Source of the DNA: Thermotogota bacterium
GTDB lineage: Bacteria > Bipolaricaulota > Bipolaricaulia > UBA7950 > UBA9294
DNA length: 20,020 nucleotides
Assembly: GCA_039679545.1 (NCBI GenBank)
Contig: JBDKUT010000147.1
Location: 1-20,020, forward strand
Reading direction: 5' to 3'
Shown here: one piece after another, positions 16,949 through 20,020 of the stretch
Position numbering within the stretch: position 1 is the stretch's first letter
How the letters are laid out: each line of letters opens with the position of its first letter
Notes under the pieces: model-generated
Databases searched by the model: none
What the model was told of the DNA's origin: nothing
What the model saw: only the letters and a program-made list of their open reading frames with translations
Made by a program: the position numbers and the translations under genes

Positions 16949-17530
16949 ATGAACGCAAGAGGGTTGGTCGTCCTCTTTGTCCTCGTCCTCTCCGCGCCGC
17001 TCTCCTGTGCGGCGCAACTCTCGTCCGAGGCGCAGCCAGCAGCCCGCCTGTCGTGCGATCTGGGCTTTGTCCAGGTCACGTATGCGGACGGCACAGCCAT
17101 CAGCACGAGCTTCCGCGGCTTGCTGTCGCTCGCTGTGGGAGAAGAGTTCTATCCGGGCTACACGCGACTCCTCGTCGCGGACTTCGAGGCGACGATCTCG
17201 GGACTCCCCGTGTTCGTCGATCTCAACGGCGACGGTGTAGCGGAGCGCTTGCTGCTCGACGAGGTATCGCTGGCCGCCACGGACATCCGCTGGACTCACG
17301 GCGGCGTCCACCTCGCGACCGGCGAGTTTCTCCTCTACGTGCACATCCTCGTCCCTGATCTCCGCGCGCAAGGCGCGACTGCGCTCGGGCCACAATACGT
17401 GCGGTTCGTCCTTCGCGGGACACTCGAACAAGGAGCGACGTCCGTGTCCATAGGCGGGACCGGCACGATTCTCGGGGGCACCCTGGCGGGAACGACGCTC
17501 ACTCTGCGCGCCCGCTGTTCCCCGCGATAG
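16949..17530 (+). CDS. Secreted beta-rich hypothetical protein with a DxNxDG loop
   Basis: SD AGGAGGTGA; signal peptide MNARGLVVLFVLVLSAPLSCAA; FVDLNGDGVAE Ca-binding-like motif. Confidence 0.75.
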   Translation: MNARGLVVLFVLVLSAPLSCAAQLSSEAQPAARLSCDLGFVQVTYADGTAISTSFRGLLSLAVGEEFYPGYTRLLVADFEATISGLPVFVDLNGDGVAERLLLDEVSLAATDIRWTHGGVHLATGEFLLYVHILVPDLRAQGATALGPQYVRFVLRGTLEQGATSVSIGGTGTILGGTLAGTTLTLRARCSPR

Positions 17531-17756
17531 CCGAGGCTCAACAGCTTCGACCCAAGACGGCTTCTCTGACGGGCATGGCGACCGCCGAGCTAGTCCGCGC
17601 CGGCTTTCCGTCACCCGCGGCGAACGCGGCGTAGGAAGTACAATCCTATGCAACGCTGCGAACAAAGAGCATTCCGTGCTGTAGTGGACAGCATACCGGC
17701 GATCCAGCGACTCGGCGGGCGAGGTGCGCCATGCTTCTTTCCCATTCCTGTCGGTA

Positions 17757-17822
17757 TTGACAATCGGTTTGTTCACGGATACCGTATGTTCACGAGACGT
17801 GAACGGACGGATACCGTGAACA
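17757..17822 (+). promoter_or_regulatory. Promoter and four-box inverted-repeat operator of the AbiEi-like gene
   Basis: TTGACA-N17-TACCGT; GTTCAC at 17771 and 17788, GTGAAC at 17799 and 17816. Confidence 0.75.
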
Positions 17823-18886
17823 TAAGTCAACATGATGCCCTGCTGAACGAGTGCCTCGTCAAACTACGAGGTCATCTCAGTCGTCAAGCGTCCCTTGCGA
17901 AAGTTCGGCGACGAGAAGAGGCAGAGGGTCCGGACGCCGTCTATCGCCTGACCCCAACAGGGGGCGAGCCGATCGACGTGTGTGTCGGCATCAAGGCGGC
18001 TCTCCGTCCCGCTCTTCTCCCCTCGGTCGAAGCCCAGGCAAGCTGGTGGCGGGAGCAGACCGGGTGTGCCGCCGTCCTGCTCGTCGCGTCGCACGTCTCG
18101 GAGTCGCTGGCGCAGAAACTACGTCGTCGCGGGATCTGGTTCGTCGACGCGGCGGGAAACGCCTACGTCGAGGTGCCGCAGAGCTTCCTCGTCTACGTCG
18201 TCGGCCGCCGCCCGTCTCGATCCCAACCGAGCGCCGCGCATTGGATGACCGAGCAGGGCGCCAAGGTCCTGTACGAACTTCTCGCCTGCGGCCCCCTTGT
18301 CGAAGCGACCTACCGGGACATCGAAGACTCCACCGGCGTGTCTCTCGGACTGATCTCGAAGCTCGTCTCATCCTGGGTCAAGGACGGCTCGCTCCGGCGA
18401 TCGGGACGAGGAACCTACGAGATCGTCGAGGGCGCTCGCCTCCTGGAGATGTGGCTCTCGGCGTTCGCGGCGAAGCTAGAACCGAAGATCGTTCTGGGCC
18501 GGTATCGTCTCACGATGCGCGGCGGGTTCGACGCGATGATCGAAGCGGCGCGCGACGAAATGGACATCGAGCACATTACGCTCGGCGGCGAGTACGCAGC
18601 CGAATTGCTGGTCGGCCACCTGCGCGCGGGGTCCGTGCGGCTCTACGTTCCGGAGGAGGAGCGAGGCCGTGTGCAGCGAGCGTTCCAGCTTGCGCCGTCA
18701 CCTCAAGAGGGAAGCGTTCTCCTGTGCGAGGCGTTCGCCGGCGACCTCGGACGCCCGTCGACGGGCCTCGAGATCAAGATCGCCCACCCCGCCCTCATCT
18801 ACGCGGAGCTCATGTCGAGCGACGACGCCCGCCTCGCCTCGATCGCTCTGCGCCTGAAAGCGTCGCGGCTGACCTGGATCCGCTGA
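17816..18886 (+). CDS. Type IV toxin-antitoxin AbiEi-family antitoxin/regulator (AbiEi_2-like)
   Basis: LRRRGIWFVDAAGNAY, HTH TYRDIEDSTGVSLGLIS, LGGEYAA, HPALIYAELMSSDDAR; GTG start inferred from the promoter position. Confidence 0.8.
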   Translation: MNISQHDALLNECLVKLRGHLSRQASLAKVRRREEAEGPDAVYRLTPTGGEPIDVCVGIKAALRPALLPSVEAQASWWREQTGCAAVLLVASHVSESLAQKLRRRGIWFVDAAGNAYVEVPQSFLVYVVGRRPSRSQPSAAHWMTEQGAKVLYELLACGPLVEATYRDIEDSTGVSLGLISKLVSSWVKDGSLRRSGRGTYEIVEGARLLEMWLSAFAAKLEPKIVLGRYRLTMRGGFDAMIEAARDEMDIEHITLGGEYAAELLVGHLRAGSVRLYVPEEERGRVQRAFQLAPSPQEGSVLLCEAFAGDLGRPSTGLEIKIAHPALIYAELMSSDDARLASIALRLKASRLTWIR

Positions 18887-18896
18887 GCGAGCCGAA

Positions 18897-19139
18897 TCAT
18901 CCTCCGTCGAGAAGGTCGCGCTTCATCTGGTCGAACTGCTCCTTGGTAATCTCGCCCTTGGCGTAGCGTTCTTTCAAGTAGTCCATCGGCGCTCGTCGCG
19001 ACGGAGGCGTCGAATCCATTCCCCCGCGGTTCGTGAGCCGATGGATCGCCCACACGATCAGCGCGACGACGCTTCCCCAGAAGAGAACCCCGACAGCCAG
19101 CATCGGCCACGGACCGTAGACGTAGTGCACATGGGGCAT
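18897..19139 (-). CDS. SHOCT-domain small membrane protein
   Basis: One TM, then LKERYAKGEITKEQFDQMKRDL; SD GGGAGG. Confidence 0.88.
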   Translation of the reverse strand: MPHVHYVYGPWPMLAVGVLFWGSVVALIVWAIHRLTNRGGMDSTPPSRRAPMDYLKERYAKGEITKEQFDQMKRDLLDGG

Positions 19140-19406
19140 GGGAACCTCCCTTCTTGCTCTCTGCGAAGAGTCAACCCTCTGCAATTGGAGTCTGCGTGAC
19201 GGGGGCGTGTCGGAACCGTGAAGAGCTTGACCGCGCCGAGCGAGCGGAAGGGATTCCTGCTCGACCCACGGGCGGTTCGCGGCGGGCTCGGTGCAGGCTC
19301 TGCACGCCGGAGGCGCGGGCCACAGCGGGCGGGTTGACTTCCGACGACCGACCGGCTACGAAGGTGCGCACGGAACAGGTCGGGGTTCCGAACGGGAGGA
19401 AGACGG

Positions 19407-19769
19407 ATGGACAAGAAACGAATGGTGGCGTACTGCGGTATCGTCTGTACCGAGTGCGACGCGTTCATTGCGACGCAGGCCGGAGATCGCGAGGCCCTCG
19501 AACAAATGGCGAAGCGGGCGTCGGAGGAGCTCGGAATCCCCATGACGGCGGACGACGGCATGTGCGACGGCTGCCTGGCCACAACGGGGCGGCAGATTGG
19601 GTACTGCGCGCAGTGCGCCATCCGAGCGTGTGCCGCTGAGAACCTCGTCGAGAACTGTGCTCATTGCAGCGATTATCCGTGTCTCAAGATCGAGGGGTTT
19701 GCCAAGCCGGGCAGCAAACACCGAGCGACGCTGGATGCGATCCACGGGAAGCTTGAGAGGTCGGCCTAG
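19407..19769 (+). CDS. DUF3795-family Cys-rich protein
   Basis: AYCGIVCTEC, CDGC, YCAQCAIRAC, NCAHCSDYPC; SD GGGAGG. Confidence 0.85.
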   Translation: MDKKRMVAYCGIVCTECDAFIATQAGDREALEQMAKRASEELGIPMTADDGMCDGCLATTGRQIGYCAQCAIRACAAENLVENCAHCSDYPCLKIEGFAKPGSKHRATLDAIHGKLERSA

Positions 19770-19802
19770 ACGCGGAAGATCGTACGCCCCTGGACAGAAA
19801 GT

Positions 19803-19830
19803 CGGGGAGCCTGCCTATGCAAGCTCCCCG
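19803..19830 (-). terminator. Intrinsic terminator between convergent genes (possibly bidirectional)
   Basis: Minus-strand CGGGGAGCUUGC-AUAG-GCAGGCUCCCCG forms a 12-bp stem followed by ACUUUCU. Confidence 0.7.
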
Positions 19831-19858
19831 TTCCCTTGAAGCTTAGAACCAACCTAGA

Positions 19859-20020
19859 TCAGGACCCAGCCGGAGCCACGGGCGCCGGGGTCACCGGGGC
19901 CTCAGGGGCCACCGGCGCTTCCTCGCCGCCGCCGAGCAGGCCGCCGAGCGAGAACTCCGCCGACAACACCAGCGTGTTGCCAAGGTCCTCTTCGAGGACA
20001 TACGCCGCGTCCACGTACAG
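19859..20020 (-). CDS. 3' end of a probable beta-barrel outer-membrane protein with a Pro/Ala tail, partial
   Basis: LYVDAAYVLEEDLGNTLVLSAEFSL (alternating beta pattern), then GGLLGGGEEAPVAPEAPVTPAPVAPAGS*. Confidence 0.55.
   Translation of the reverse strand: MYVDAAYVLEEDLGNTLVLSAEFSLGGLLGGGEEAPVAPEAPVTPAPVAPAGS

Noticed and set aside
17648..17815. Longer N-terminus of the AbiEi-like ORF
   Set aside because: It overlaps the predicted promoter and operator and is not protein-like.
1..20020. tRNA, rRNA or CRISPR arrays
   Set aside because: No cloverleaf, rRNA-like segment or regularly spaced repeat array was seen by eye; no covariance search was run.

Overview
GC-rich bacterial window; the gene content is reminiscent of Ca. 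Bipolaricaulota/Acetothermia, which is an inference only. Bases 1-13.3 kb are mostly housekeeping and envelope genes: two GIFT/DUF4350-like proteins, a HAD hydrolase, a cysteine synthase, a frameshifted Mut7-C RNase remnant, a COG1751-type protein, a polar amino-acid ABC operon, a FlaR-like kinase and a YtrA/GntR-ABC-CPBP-DUF4097 operon with a clear operator. Bases 13.35-18.9 kb form an accessory patch. It holds a complete 1418-bp IS1595 (ISSod11-like) element with TIRs, an 8-bp target duplication and a passenger ORF. It also holds a DUF3800 gene, decayed IS1595 and Zn-ribbon relics, and an orphan AbiEi-type antitoxin with a four-box operator. The window ends with SHOCT and DUF3795 genes and the 3' end of a beta-barrel-like gene. 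The most interesting signal is the unit sigma70-type promoter -> ~70-nt three-way-junction RNA with U-tail -> DUF3800 gene, a candidate RNA-antitoxin or RNA-partnered nuclease defence system.
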